Origin: Ostreococcus lucimarinus
Lineage: Eukaryota
Assembly (NCBI GenBank): GCA_000092065.1
Contig: CP000587.1
Direction: 5' to 3' (one strand)
DNA: 64,000 nt
Position numbers and translations under genes: made by a program. Below the pieces are notes generated by a model that saw only the letters and a list, made by a program, of their open reading frames with translations, was not told the DNA's origin and ran no database searches. Shown here piece after piece: positions 1-10,252 of the stretch; the stretch's first letter is position 1, and every line of letters begins with the position of its first letter.

Positions 1-179
1 AGCGTGCGCGTCTTCGCGCCGGTGTTGGTGTTGTAGAGATGGATCGCGTCGTCGTCGCCCGTGGTGACGAGGGCATCTTCGGTGTGATGGAAATCGAGCG
101 CGTTCACCGCGCTCGTGTGGTCGCGGAAGAACCTCCCGGGGGCCATGTGGGACACGGTGGTGACGTCGAGGGCGACCAT
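1..179 (-). CDS. WD40-repeat protein, WDR82/Swd2-like, N-terminal part (gene continues beyond window edge)
   Basis: Minus-strand translation from the ATG at 179 gives MVALDVTTVSHMAPGRFFRDHTSAVNALDFHHTEDALVTTGDDDAIHLYNTNTGAKTRTL. This is a typical first WD40 blade of Swd2/WDR82-type proteins. It is open to the window edge and absent from the ORF track because it is truncated. Confidence 0.55.
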   Translation of the reverse strand, partial: MVALDVTTVSHMAPGRFFRDHTSAVNALDFHHTEDALVTTGDDDAIHLYNTNTGAKTRT

Positions 180-495
180 GACGACCGCGCGGGGCGCTTC
201 GGTCGACGCGCGCGAGTGCGGCGACGCGCGCGACAGAATGGCGTCTCGAGCGAATCTCGAGAATCCTCAGCGCTCGAGCGAGGCGGCGAGGGCGAACGAC
301 GGCGAGGGCGACGAGGAACGCGCGGTGGGTAGATTTATCAGTGGGCATATACAATGAGCTACCTCAACTAATTATTCGTCGTTTCGAACCTCTCCGCCGG
401 TCGTCCAAACAAAATTTGTGGAAAAAGTCGTACACTGGAATGGAAGCGCGGCCCGAGCCGCCGCCGTCGCCGAATTCTTTTGGGACCCAAAAGAA

Positions 496-1692
496 TCACG
501 AGGACTTCTTTTTAGACACTCTATAAGCACCCACGACCATGGCATGGTCGCGTTCGTACGGCTCCAAAGTGAGCTGCTCGGCAGGCTTGAAGCCTTCAGT
601 TTGTAGCTTCTTCACCTCTCGCGCGAACACCGCCTCCGGCGCGGCGGTGGAGTCGATGCACGACGCCTTGATGGAGATCATAAAGTTACCACCTTGCTTC
701 AAAAAGTATTGCGCGTTCAAACCAACGATGCGAGCTTGATCCGGCTGCGCCACGTCGGCGAAGATAGTGTCAACCATACCGATCAACATGCGGTACTTTT
801 GCGGGTGACGCGCGTCCTCGATGATCGGAATGACGTTGGTGCGCTTCTTCGCCATGTTGACCAAGTCGCGCCCAGAGCGGTGAGAAAACTCAACGGCGTA
901 CACCGTGCCTTCGGGCCCGACCAAGTCGGAGCAATGCGACACCGTCGTACCCGAAGCACCGCCGAGATACAAGAGCTTTGAGCCGGGCTTGATGTGAATG
1001 GCGTCCAAACCGCCGAGAATACCCGCCGCAATTTTCGATCTAAACGGGTTCCACACGCGGTACTCCGTCTTCGTACCGTCCGCCTCGTCGACTGAAATAC
1101 GCTTCTCACCGTACACGCTCTCGCCGACGACCATGTTCCGCGTCACGAGCGCATCTTCCTTCCCGCGAGCGACGAAGACGCCCTCGTGACGATGCTTTTC
1201 GACGACCACCTTCGACCCGCCCTTCATACCGCCGCGTCCACCACCGCGTCCGCCACCGCGTCCACCACCGCGTCCACCGCGTCCACCACCGCGTCCGCCA
1301 CCGCGTCCGCCGCCGCGTCCGCCGTCGCGTCCGCCTCGTCCGCCTCGTCCGCCGCCTCGTCCGCCCGGCGAGAACCCTGCAATTCACCCAAAAAACGAAT
1401 TCTCCCCGTCAGTCCCTCGTTCGCGTCCCGTCGCGTCGCCGACGCGCGTGGACGATGGCGTCGATATTTATGTCTTCGATCGCGACCACCTCGCGTCGAC
1501 GCGCGACGTCGCATCGCGCGCGTTCTCGCGTTTTCTCGAATCCGCCGCAATCGATCGTCCCGGCGGCGGTCGTCGATTGGCGCGTAATTCCCGTCGACGC
1601 GACGTCGCGTTCGCGCGCGCGCGCGATCGATGACGCGCGAGTGAAAGTGACGCACCTCCTCGGCCGCCGCCTCGTCCCATGGGTGCGCGCAT
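496..1692 (-). CDS. FIB: Fibrillarin (rRNA 2'-O-methyltransferase NOP1/FIB), two exons: exon1 1656..1692, intron 1378..1655, exon2 496..1377
   Basis: ORF 496..1227 is near-identical to plant/human fibrillarin ([11 protein letters not shown]...[16 protein letters not shown]...[12 protein letters not shown]). The frame stays open upstream through an in-frame (GGN GGN CGN)n GAR domain up to an acceptor TTGCAG at 1378. Exon 1 (ATG CGC GCA CCC ATG GGA CGA GGC GGC GGC CGA GGA G|GTGCGT) joins in phase 1 and gives [22 protein letters not shown]..., a canonical fibrillarin N-terminus. A CTGAC branch lies 29 nt before the AG. Confidence 0.9.
1228..1365 (-). repeat. Trinucleotide-periodic (GGN-GGN-CGN) repeat encoding the fibrillarin glycine/arginine-rich (GAR) domain
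   Basis: Plus strand reads ccgccgcgtccaccaccgcgtccgccaccgcg... In the fibrillarin frame this is (RGG/RGGG)n. The other minus frame gives the spurious RTRR-repeat ORF 1106..1387. Confidence 0.9.
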
Positions 1693-1935
1693 GGTTACCG
1701 TACGCGCGCGTGTGTGCGGCGCGCGCGGCTCGGCGCCTTTTAGTTGTGCGCGCCGCAGTGTCGAGTCGTGAACCGTCGAGAGTCCCCGAGCGAGGAAACA
1801 AACCACCGAGCGACGCGCGAGGACGCGCCGACGCGCGATGAAGGCGATGAATTAATGCGTATGAATTAATGATGCGCGTCGACCGCGCGCGCGACGGACG
1901 CGCGCGCGCGTCGTCGCCGATCTCGATTGAACTAT

Positions 1936-2427
1936 TTATTGGATGATGGCGACGGCGTCGATCTCCACGAGCGCGCCGAGCGGAAGCGTCTTCGCCGCCA
2001 ACGTCGCGCGCGCGGGGGCGTTTTCGGGGAACCTCGAGCCGTAAATACCGTTCACCGTCTTGAAATCGTCCATGTCGGCGATCATGATGGTGGTCTTGAC
2101 GACGTCGGCGTACGTCGCGCCCGCCGCCGCGAGCACCTCGCCCAAGTTCTTCATCACTTGCTCCGTTTGCTCCTCGATCGTTTCGCCGGCGAACTCCATG
2201 GCGGGCGTCAGGCCGATTTGACCGCTGACGTACACCGTGTTGCCGACCTTGACGGCTTGGTTGTACGGGCCGAGGGCGGCCGGGGACTTATCGGTGGCGA
2301 TGATTTCTTTCGCCGTGGCGCGGACGGAAACGGCGCCGGCGCGTCGCGCGCTGCGCGCGCGGGTGATTTGCGCCACCACGGGGGTGGCGCGGAAGGTCTT
2401 GGATGCGGTGAGGGCGAATGCGGACAT
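1936..2427 (-). CDS. ridA: RidA/YjgF/UK114-family reactive enamine-imine deaminase with N-terminal organellar presequence
   Basis: KSPAALGPYNQAVKVGNTVYVSGQIGL...TYADVVKTTIMIADMDDFKTVNGIYGSRF...ATLAAKTLPLGALVEIDAVAI is a full YjgF domain. The track start at 2520 is a TTG. The first ATG gives MSAFALTASKTFRATPVV..., a transit-peptide-like start, as in plant chloroplast RidA. Confidence 0.85.
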   Translation of the reverse strand: MSAFALTASKTFRATPVVAQITRARSARRAGAVSVRATAKEIIATDKSPAALGPYNQAVKVGNTVYVSGQIGLTPAMEFAGETIEEQTEQVMKNLGEVLAAAGATYADVVKTTIMIADMDDFKTVNGIYGSRFPENAPARATLAAKTLPLGALVEIDAVAIIQ

Positions 2428-2603
2428 CGTGTGCGTGAGCGTGCGTGCGGGTGTGCGGGGGAAGCGCTCGCGCTGGGGGCCTCGGCGCCGACGCGCCTCG
2501 GCGTCGACGACGCGCTTCAAAGCCGCACTACAATCGCGAAAACAGTCACAATAGACATTACATCCGGCGCATCGCGCGCTGATGTGATATTATTTCAGCT
2601 CGA

Positions 2604-4223
2604 TCACGCGGTCGCCGCGCCGGCGCCGCGCTCCTCTTTTATGAGATCGTTGAACACCTTGCGGAGCCAAATCGTCTTCAGGCAACTCTTTATGACTTGC
2701 GTGAAGACGATGGTGAACCAGACGCCGGAAACGCCGTATATCGGCGCCAGCGCGGCGGCGATCGGAAGACGGCTAAAGTTGAGCAGGATGGCGATGACGA
2801 GCACGGGATACGTGACGCCGGTGCCCGTGAACGCACCCTCGGCGGCGCACTCGAGCGCCATGAAAGAGACAATCGGGAAGTTCCAGTACATGTACTGCAC
2901 GGCGTGCGCGGCGACGGCGGGATTCTGGGTCAAGAGCCCGACGAATTGCGGCGCAAAAGCGATGAATACGACACCGAAAGGTATCAAAGCCGCGGATGCG
3001 ATGCGAATCGCGCTCCAACCCGCGTCTCTCGCGCGCGTAGCGTTGCGGGCGCCGACCCACTGGCCGACGATGGTGGACGTGCCGATGCGGAACGCCTCCG
3101 TGACGGTGTAGGGGATGTTTTCAAACTGCTGTCCGAGTCCCATCGCGGTGAGCGACATCGGGTCCAGGGAGGTCAGAATTCGACCGAGACCGACGTACAC
3201 CAAGGCGAACACGATGCCCGCGACCGCGATGGGCGCGCCGATGGCGACTATGTCCTTGAGCATTTTCACGTCTGGCCGCGTTATGGGAATCTTCACCTTG
3301 AAGTCTTTGATGAGCATGCGATAAAACATAACCGCACCGATGCAATTTGACAGGCTCGTCCCCACCGCGGCGCCCGCGACGCCGAGCTGCGGAAAAGGAC
3401 CCATGCCGTAAATCAACAACGGATCCAAAACCATGTTGCACAGGACCATGAACGCCGTCACCCACAGCGCGGGTTTCATCGACCCAAACCCGCGCAACGT
3501 AGCTTCTAATATATTACTGAAGCACAGTCCCACCGAACCTATGAGCGACGCCCGCAAGTGCGACTGCCCGATCGCGAACGTCCCCCCGCTCTGGATCCCC
3601 AGCGTCGACGTGTACACCGCCGTAAACGGCAACAAGCACGCCAAGAACGCGTACGTCAGCACCGCCCCGTACAGCCCATCTCGAAGCACCGGTCCCACGT
3701 CATCGTATTTCTCCGCGCCAACCTTCATCGACACCCTGTTCTGCACCCCGCACGCCACCACGCTGCACAGCAGATACAGCATCCACCCCGCGAACGCGTT
3801 CGAGCACAGCGCGTTCAGCTCCACGATCCCGAGTTTCCCCACCCAAAACGTGTCCGTGAGCGGAAAAAACGACCGCATGAGCCCTATGACCGTGGTCGGC
3901 CATCCGACGTACCACACCGCGGCGGGCGTCGACATGCGCAGCAGCGACGGCGGCGCCTTCGACGCCTCCGGCTCGACGCGCGCGTCGTCCTCCGCCTCCG
4001 ACGCCGTCGACCGCGCGCGAAGCCGCGTCCCGCGCGCGTCGCGCGTCGATTGACCCTCCGCCGTCGCCGCGCGCGCGCCCGCATCGCGCGCGACGCGCGC
4101 GCGCGTCCAAGGCGCGCGTCGTCGCTTAACGGCCGTTCGCGCGTTCGCGCGTCTTCGCGTCGCGTCCGTCGCGCGCGCGCGCGTCGGCGCCGCCGTCGCG
4201 CGCGCGTCGACGCGCGCCAGCAT
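2604..4223 (-). CDS. MATE-family (multidrug and toxic compound extrusion) transporter, probably with transit peptide
   Basis: It has 12-TM MATE architecture with characteristic segments (WPTTVIGLMRSFFPLTDTFWVGKLG, GMGPFPQLGVAGAAVGTSLSNCIG, QWVGARNATRARDAGWSAIRIASA). The track start at 4322 is a TTG. The in-frame ATG at 4223 (MLARVD...) is followed by about 100 aa of Arg/Ala/Thr-rich presequence. An alternative start is MSTPAAVWYVGW around 3935. Confidence 0.8.
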   Translation of the reverse strand: MLARVDARATAAPTRARATDATRRRANARTAVKRRRAPWTRARVARDAGARAATAEGQSTRDARGTRLRARSTASEAEDDARVEPEASKAPPSLLRMSTPAAVWYVGWPTTVIGLMRSFFPLTDTFWVGKLGIVELNALCSNAFAGWMLYLLCSVVACGVQNRVSMKVGAEKYDDVGPVLRDGLYGAVLTYAFLACLLPFTAVYTSTLGIQSGGTFAIGQSHLRASLIGSVGLCFSNILEATLRGFGSMKPALWVTAFMVLCNMVLDPLLIYGMGPFPQLGVAGAAVGTSLSNCIGAVMFYRMLIKDFKVKIPITRPDVKMLKDIVAIGAPIAVAGIVFALVYVGLGRILTSLDPMSLTAMGLGQQFENIPYTVTEAFRIGTSTIVGQWVGARNATRARDAGWSAIRIASAALIPFGVVFIAFAPQFVGLLTQNPAVAAHAVQYMYWNFPIVSFMALECAAEGAFTGTGVTYPVLVIAILLNFSRLPIAAALAPIYGVSGVWFTIVFTQVIKSCLKTIWLRKVFNDLIKEERGAGAATA

Positions 4224-4330
4224 GTTGGCTCGCGCGACCGCGCGCGAGCGCGCGCGACGTCGCGCGGCGACGTCTGCGGCGCCGCGCGTCGACGCGCGGT
4301 CGCACGCGCGCGCGCGCGACAATCGCGCGC

Positions 4331-5545
4331 ATGTTCGCGTGCTGCCGCGCGAACGGCGCGATCGACGGCGCGGGCGACGGCGCGAACGCGCGTGCGGCGC
4401 GGAGCGCGATCGCGCGCGCGCGCGCGCGGTCGAACGGGACGCTCGAAGCGCCGGAAGATCGCGCGCGGCATCGACGCGAGCCGAGCGCGACGACGACGAC
4501 GACGACGACGCGCGACGACGAGGACGACGAGGACGACGACGACGACGACGACGCGAGCGTCGATGAGTACGGGTTCGCGATCGATCGCGACGTCGCGCGC
4601 GCGGCGAGCGGGTCGAGCGCGAGCGCGATGGATGAAAAGTTTTGGACGCGCGCGCGCGACGCGCCGGGGACGCTGGCGACGTGCGCGCTCGATCGCGACT
4701 CTGCGCTGAAACGAGCGGTGAGGAAGGGCGTGCCGAGCGATCTGCGATGCGAGGCGTGGTTCGCGTGCAGCGGCGCGCGCGAGCTGAAAAAGATGGGACC
4801 GATGGATTCGTATTACGAAAAATTGTTGGTGATGAAGGTGGATCAAAAAGTCGTCGACCAAATCGAGTTGGACTTGGCGAGGACGTTTCCGGCGAACGAA
4901 AAGTATGAGCGGGGCGAGGGGGGACAGCGAGGGAACGATGTGTTGCGAAGGATGCTGTACGCGTACGCGAGACATAATCGAAAGACGGGGTATTGTCAGG
5001 GAATGAATTATATCGCGGCGTTTTTATGGCTCGTCATGGGCGACGAGGAAAAGGCGTTTTGGACGTTTACCGCTTTGCTCGACGTCGTGCTTCCGAGCGA
5101 TGTGCACGCGAGGGACATCAAGGGGACGATTTCGCAGTACAAGATTTTGCATAAACTACTGCAATCAAACGTCCCAAAGGTGGCGAGGCATCTGAAAGAG
5201 CTCGACGTCGACCTCGTCATGATCGCGAGCAAGTGGTTGTTGTGTCTCTTCGTCGAATCGTTTCCGGCGACGACGGCGGCGCGCGTCCTCGACTGCCTCA
5301 CGTACGAGGGCGAAAAGGTGTGGTTCAGAGTCGCGATCGCGATGATGAAAATGTACGAGCGCGACATATTGGAGTGCGATTCGTTACCAGACGTGATGCT
5401 GTGCCTGAAGCACGCGTTTGCCAACCAAACCGACGCCGACGAATTATTAAAATTCACCTTCGAGCGCGTGTCGCTGTCCAACAAAACCATCGCCGCTCAT
5501 CGCGAGATCGTGGCGGCGGAGATGGAGGAGGAACGGAACAACTAA
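4331..5545 (+). CDS. TBC-domain Rab GTPase-activating protein with acidic/poly-Thr low-complexity N-terminus
   Basis: It carries the arginine-finger motif IELDLARTFP and the glutamine-finger motif YCQGMNYIAAFL of TBC RabGAPs. The ATG at 4331 was verified. The N-terminus contains TTTTTTTRDDEDDEDDDDDDD encoded by a (GAC/GAG)n microsatellite. Confidence 0.8.
   Translation: MFACCRANGAIDGAGDGANARAARSAIARARARSNGTLEAPEDRARHRREPSATTTTTTTRDDEDDEDDDDDDDASVDEYGFAIDRDVARAASGSSASAMDEKFWTRARDAPGTLATCALDRDSALKRAVRKGVPSDLRCEAWFACSGARELKKMGPMDSYYEKLLVMKVDQKVVDQIELDLARTFPANEKYERGEGGQRGNDVLRRMLYAYARHNRKTGYCQGMNYIAAFLWLVMGDEEKAFWTFTALLDVVLPSDVHARDIKGTISQYKILHKLLQSNVPKVARHLKELDVDLVMIASKWLLCLFVESFPATTAARVLDCLTYEGEKVWFRVAIAMMKMYERDILECDSLPDVMLCLKHAFANQTDADELLKFTFERVSLSNKTIAAHREIVAAEMEEERNN
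4489..4552 (+). repeat. (GAC/GAG)n microsatellite inside the RabGAP CDS encoding poly-Thr/poly-Asp
   Basis: cgacgacgacgacgacgacgcgcgacgacgaggacgacgaggacgacgacgacgacgacgacg. Confidence 0.8.
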
Positions 5546-5675
5546 CGTCGGTGACGACACCGGCGCGCGCGAATCGCTCTATTCACGGCGCGTCGTGACT
5601 GCGTCGATCTTATTAACGTAATATCTACCGGTACTTCAGAAAGCAACCGCCGCGTCGCCGCACACGCCGACGTCC

Positions 5676-8600
5676 ATGTCCGCCGCGCGCGATGGCGACG
5701 CCGCCGCCATCGCCGCGGCGCACGACCGTCTCGCGCGTCATCGCGCTTTGCTCGCGAATCCCGAGCGAGTGATCGCCCCGGGCGCGTTCTGGGACGTCGT
5801 CGCCCTGACGTCCTCGAGCGCGTCCCAAACTCGCGCGTTTCGCGCGCGTTTAGACCACCTCCACGCCCGCGGCGCGCTGCCGGGCGCGCGCGAGCGATAC
5901 GTCGTGATCACCGATCCTCCCGGCGCGCGCATCGGCTCCGGGGGGGCGACGATCGCGGTGGCGAGGGAGTTGAAGTCGTGGTTCGGGGACGCGTGGCGGG
6001 ACAAACGCGTCTTCGCGCTGCACACGGGTGGATACAGCGAACGCGCGCCGCAACACGGGACGCTCGGGAAAGCGTTTGCGGAGGTGCCGATGGATTGTCG
6101 AGGGTGCGGGACGCCGGGGACGATTTTGGAGGCGCAGTTGGTGCAGTTGACGCCGCTGGCGGCGACGCTGCCGCCGGGCGTCTTCGTGTCGTGCGCCGAC
6201 GTCGCGTTGGAGTACGGCGACGTCGAAAAGAGCTTAGACGAGGAAACGCGATCGGCGATGAAGCGTGGCATCACGGCACTCGCACATCCGAGCTCTGTGG
6301 CGATCGGGGAGCAGCACGGAGTGTTCGCGTGCGATGAGGCGGAGGTCAAGGAGCGCGTGCGAGCGATGCGAGCCGGGAGAAAGTTGGCGCCGTTGGATTG
6401 CAGGCGGTGCTTACAGAAGCCCACAGAACAGGAAATGCGCGGCGCCGGGTGTGTGATGCGTGGATACGAAACCGAAGTCGATGACTGGGTGCTGACGGAC
6501 AGTTGCTTTCACATCGGCGTCGAGGCTGTGGAGGCGCTCGTCGAACTCGACGAGCGACGTCGCGACGTTTTGGCGGGGTGCGAAATTTGTGCTTATGGAG
6601 ATTTCATGCAACCACTCGGGAGCGATGCGGATACGTCATACCTGGACCGCATCGATCATCTCGCGAGCGTGACTTCTTCTACACACGCGGAAAGCGAGAC
6701 GAGATTGCGCGATGCGCGCCGCGCCGTTGCAGACGCTTTGCGAGGCCGTCCGCTCATCGTCATTCCGTTGTTTCCGAGTCGATTCATTCACCTTGGCACT
6801 ATTCCAGAGTTTTTGTATCACACGACAAAAGACGTACAGTGCCTGAAGTCGCTTCCAGCGCCAGGGATACCGGTTCACATGGCGTCTTACGTCGCAGACG
6901 ATTTTCATCAACCCGCCGACTCCGTCGTCATGTCGAGTCGCATCGGAAGAGCGTCTTCGGTAGGATCTGGGTCGTGTTTGGTGAACTGTGATATCGGCCG
7001 TGACGTCGTTATCGGCGCAAACTGCGCGATGTACGACGTTCGTCTTGAGGACGGAACGAAAGTGGAAAATGGAACATTCATGTGCACACTTCCCATAACG
7101 CGCGAGCGTTTCTCGAAACGTCACCGCGAATCGGGCGACGATGAAATCGATGACTTTTCGTCATCAATGTCTGACTGTACGTCTGCCGACGACGCCGTCG
7201 AGTTCGTGACCATTGTCATGGCCACCGACGACGAGGTAAAATCACGCACTTCGAGCACACTGTGCGGTGTTCCAGTGCGTGACGCGATTGATCGACTTGA
7301 ATTGGATAGCGGTAGCGTCTGGATGGAAGGCGAGTCGTCCACGACGACGCTCGGTCGTTTTTATAGCGTCCATCAATCTGCCGAGGAATCGTCGCGCGCC
7401 GCGCTGCGAATGGCGCACGTCGTGCGAAGCTCAGAGAATGCCGCTGAGTACGGGCGCTTCGAACGCGACCATCAGCAACAAGTGAGCATTAGCGAAGTGC
7501 TTCGGAGATATGCGAACCATGGCGCTCTCGAAACACACAGACATTCCTTACTGCGTATGGTTTTAAGCTCGACGTTGCGTCGAATGCTAGAAACTGGCCT
7601 GCCAGCGAGCGAATGGAGGCATAGAGCGTTCAACTTAACGTCGCTCGAAAACGAACTCAAAATGGAACGAGGAACAGTCCCCTTCGAAGCAAAAACAATG
7701 CACCTTATTTCGGAGCTACTGGGCGAGACAGAGGCTGAGCGTTTGGATGTCCGCTCGCTTCGACATCGTTTGGACTGTAGCCGAGTGGCGCTCTCTTTAG
7801 CCCTACCGGGCGCGCTCGATGACGCGCGCGCAAATCTTGCGCGCATCCTCACCGAATCATCCACCGTATCGGCGTGCGGTATGCTTGCGAGATCGAATAT
7901 GCCCGTGTGTAGCGTGCGCGTGGCGTATCCAGCGAGATTCAATCTCGCCGGTGGATGGACGGATACCCCGCCGTACTCGCTGGAGCGCCCAGGCGCTGTG
8001 TTGCACGTACCAGGGCTCGTGAATGGCACCAAGCCCATCGTTGCGAAGTTGACCCGCATCGACGACCCCGTCGTACGTCTCGTGATGCGAGACGATGTAT
8101 CGGGCGAAGAAATACGCGAAGACGTTCTTCATTATGGTGATCTCCTGCCGAACCGATATTCCGACCCGATGACGCCGTTTGCTCTCCACAAAGCCGTCCT
8201 CGTGCAGTTTTGGTTCAGGGAAATTATTGAAATTTCGTTGGAATTCGGTTGCAATTTCATCGAACCTGCGTTGCATGGAAAACGGTTGATTGCGATCGAC
8301 AAGCCTGGCGTAGAGATACGAACGGAAGTAAATCTCCCAAAAGGCTCTGGTCTCGGCACGAGTAGTATCCTCGCCTTAGCGATGCTGCACGCGATGTACG
8401 ACTTCACATACGGTACGCGCTTGAGGCCTCGGTTTGAAGAAGAAGATCGAATCGAACTTACTGCGGATGTACAGTGGACCGATGAAAATGGGAAAGTGCT
8501 CGATGTCGAAGATGACCATCGCGCGTCGCCAAAGGAAGCTCTCAAGCTGTCTGACATCGTGAACTGTGTGCTCGTGGTTGAGCAGATGATCACGACGGGT

Positions 8601-9242
8601 GGTGGGTGGCAAGACCAAGTCGGTGGCGCGTTGAATGGTCTTCGCCTAAGTCTTTCGAAACCTAGTGATCGCAGTTTCTCCCCTGATTATGACTACTTCC
8701 CCAAGTACACCTACCGTCTGTGTGAGATGGACGCGCCCTGCGCGCGTCTCTTGAACTCGCGCTTTGCGTGCGTGTTCACCGGGACGTGTCGATTGGCGAA
8801 GACCGTCTGTGATTCTGTCGTCACAACGTGGCAAAGACGTGATATTGGCGTTGAGCGTGCTTTACAACAGTGTGCTGACTTGGCAACGCAAATGTTTGAG
8901 GTATTCCAGGCGATCTCCAAGTCTTCGCGCGAAAGCGCCGCGACGCCAAACGTATCAGATTGTCGGGAAGAATACCTGATCTCGCGTCTCGGTGCGCTCC
9001 TCGAAGAACACAAACGCGTGCAACAATCGCTGTGGTCATCAATTGAAAGTCCCACTATACGTGCCATTTACGACGCGCTCGAGCCTCTGAGTTACGGCTC
9101 TTTCATTTGCGGCGCCGGGTCAGGCGGACACGTGATCGCATTTCTGAAACCATCGGCCACGCGCGAGCGCGTCCACGATGCCGTGCGCGCATGTACCGGC
9201 GCCCCCGACGCGCGCGTTGTGGATGTAGAATTAATTCTGTAA
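5676..9242 (+). CDS. FKGP: Bifunctional L-fucokinase / GDP-L-fucose pyrophosphorylase (plant FKGP-type)
   Basis: A 1188-aa ORF with a verified ATG. Its N-terminal half resembles the fucose-1-phosphate guanylyltransferase region. Its C-terminal half is a GHMP kinase with the ATP motif PKGSGLGTSSILALAML and C-terminal FICGAGSGGHVIAF. The size and domain order match Arabidopsis FKGP. Confidence 0.85.
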   Translation: MSAARDGDAAAIAAAHDRLARHRALLANPERVIAPGAFWDVVALTSSSASQTRAFRARLDHLHARGALPGARERYVVITDPPGARIGSGGATIAVARELKSWFGDAWRDKRVFALHTGGYSERAPQHGTLGKAFAEVPMDCRGCGTPGTILEAQLVQLTPLAATLPPGVFVSCADVALEYGDVEKSLDEETRSAMKRGITALAHPSSVAIGEQHGVFACDEAEVKERVRAMRAGRKLAPLDCRRCLQKPTEQEMRGAGCVMRGYETEVDDWVLTDSCFHIGVEAVEALVELDERRRDVLAGCEICAYGDFMQPLGSDADTSYLDRIDHLASVTSSTHAESETRLRDARRAVADALRGRPLIVIPLFPSRFIHLGTIPEFLYHTTKDVQCLKSLPAPGIPVHMASYVADDFHQPADSVVMSSRIGRASSVGSGSCLVNCDIGRDVVIGANCAMYDVRLEDGTKVENGTFMCTLPITRERFSKRHRESGDDEIDDFSSSMSDCTSADDAVEFVTIVMATDDEVKSRTSSTLCGVPVRDAIDRLELDSGSVWMEGESSTTTLGRFYSVHQSAEESSRAALRMAHVVRSSENAAEYGRFERDHQQQVSISEVLRRYANHGALETHRHSLLRMVLSSTLRRMLETGLPASEWRHRAFNLTSLENELKMERGTVPFEAKTMHLISELLGETEAERLDVRSLRHRLDCSRVALSLALPGALDDARANLARILTESSTVSACGMLARSNMPVCSVRVAYPARFNLAGGWTDTPPYSLERPGAVLHVPGLVNGTKPIVAKLTRIDDPVVRLVMRDDVSGEEIREDVLHYGDLLPNRYSDPMTPFALHKAVLVQFWFREIIEISLEFGCNFIEPALHGKRLIAIDKPGVEIRTEVNLPKGSGLGTSSILALAMLHAMYDFTYGTRLRPRFEEEDRIELTADVQWTDENGKVLDVEDDHRASPKEALKLSDIVNCVLVVEQMITTGGGWQDQVGGALNGLRLSLSKPSDRSFSPDYDYFPKYTYRLCEMDAPCARLLNSRFACVFTGTCRLAKTVCDSVVTTWQRRDIGVERALQQCADLATQMFEVFQAISKSSRESAATPNVSDCREEYLISRLGALLEEHKRVQQSLWSSIESPTIRAIYDALEPLSYGSFICGAGSGGHVIAFLKPSATRERVHDAVRACTGAPDARVVDVELIL

Positions 9243-9351
9243 GTTGTGTATTGATAGATTGCACCGTTGCGAATCCTTCACACCCCCTCCGCGCCGACGC
9301 AAGTCGACACAATCTCGACCTCGGTGCGAGTCACACAGCGCGCGCACCTCA

Positions 9352-10252
9352 ATGTCCGACCCGCATAAAGCCGTAACTTTTGCCGTGTGGACCCTCGCCC
9401 TGGCAATGACTCACATCTTTTTCCAGCGCAGGCACGCACCCGACAAAGATAAGACTCGTCCGCGCACGCGAACGCAAACCGCAAAGCTTGAGGAGGAGGA
9501 GAGTCGCGCTCGGGACGCGCAGATGCAACAGGTGCTAGACAGCTGGACGTGCCAGCACTGTCAACACGAGAACCGGAGCCTGCGGAGCACGCGCGCGCGA
9601 CGAAGCACTTTGGAATGTTCGAACTGTCGGAACGATTTCATCTTTTGCGTCTCGCCGCGCAAGAGCGCGCACAAGGCTCTGTTGGATGAACGCCCGGTGC
9701 AGGTGCGCGAGACGAGAAACGGCGACGAGAAACGCGAGACTGACCGGGACGCGCGGGACGATCGATGCACAGTGCCGCGCGCCGTATCGAGTGGGGAATG
9801 ATACGCTGTCGCCACATTTTACCGTGAAATTGAACGAATTCTCTCTGCCTGGAACGTCATTGTACGAACGATTTTACAAGAATGTGAAGAACGCCGATCC
9901 GCAATCCATTCGGCTCGCCTTCCATGGAACATCGTTCGCGGCGGCGAAGCTGATACTGAAAAACGGTATGAGTCCATCACGACGAATCAACACACAAGGC
10001 GACTGGTTTACACTGGACATCAACTATGCGCTCACGAGAAGTATCTGTCGTGAGGACCACAGCGCGCAATGGGGTGGTACACCCAAGGACGAAGAGCCAG
10101 ACGCGTACTCGAAGAGCGTTGTGGTGATCTGCTTCGCCGTCTACATGCCAAAAACGATCTACATCGGGGAACACATCGTCTGCACATGCGAGAAACATAG
10201 TCTTCCGATCTCAATGCTCGAGTTTCCGCGAGAGCCTTACGATCCCGCGTAA
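9352..10252 (+). CDS. Small zinc-ribbon (RanBP2-like C2C2) plus PARP-like ADP-ribosyltransferase catalytic-domain protein; exon1 9352..9702, intron 9703..9772, exon2 9773..10252
   Basis: Two overlapping track ORFs (9244..9801 and 9686..10252, different frames) are joined in phase 0 by a 70-nt intron (CAG|GTGCGC...CTGAC...CACAG|TGC). Exon 1 has WTCQHCQHEN...LECSNCRND, a Cys4 ribbon. Exon 2 has the PARP signature IRLAFHGTSFAAAKLILKNGMSP (H), GDWFTLDINYA (Y), SVVVICFAVYMPKTIYIGEHIVCT...PISMLEF (E), matching tankyrase/PARP beta-strand order. The ATG at 9352 was verified. The start is otherwise uncertain. Confidence 0.5.

Noticed and set aside
1106-1387. ORF encoding [23 protein letters not shown] repeats
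   Set aside because: It is an alternative frame of the (GGN GGN CGN)n repeat that encodes the fibrillarin GAR domain on the same strand, and is not an independent gene.
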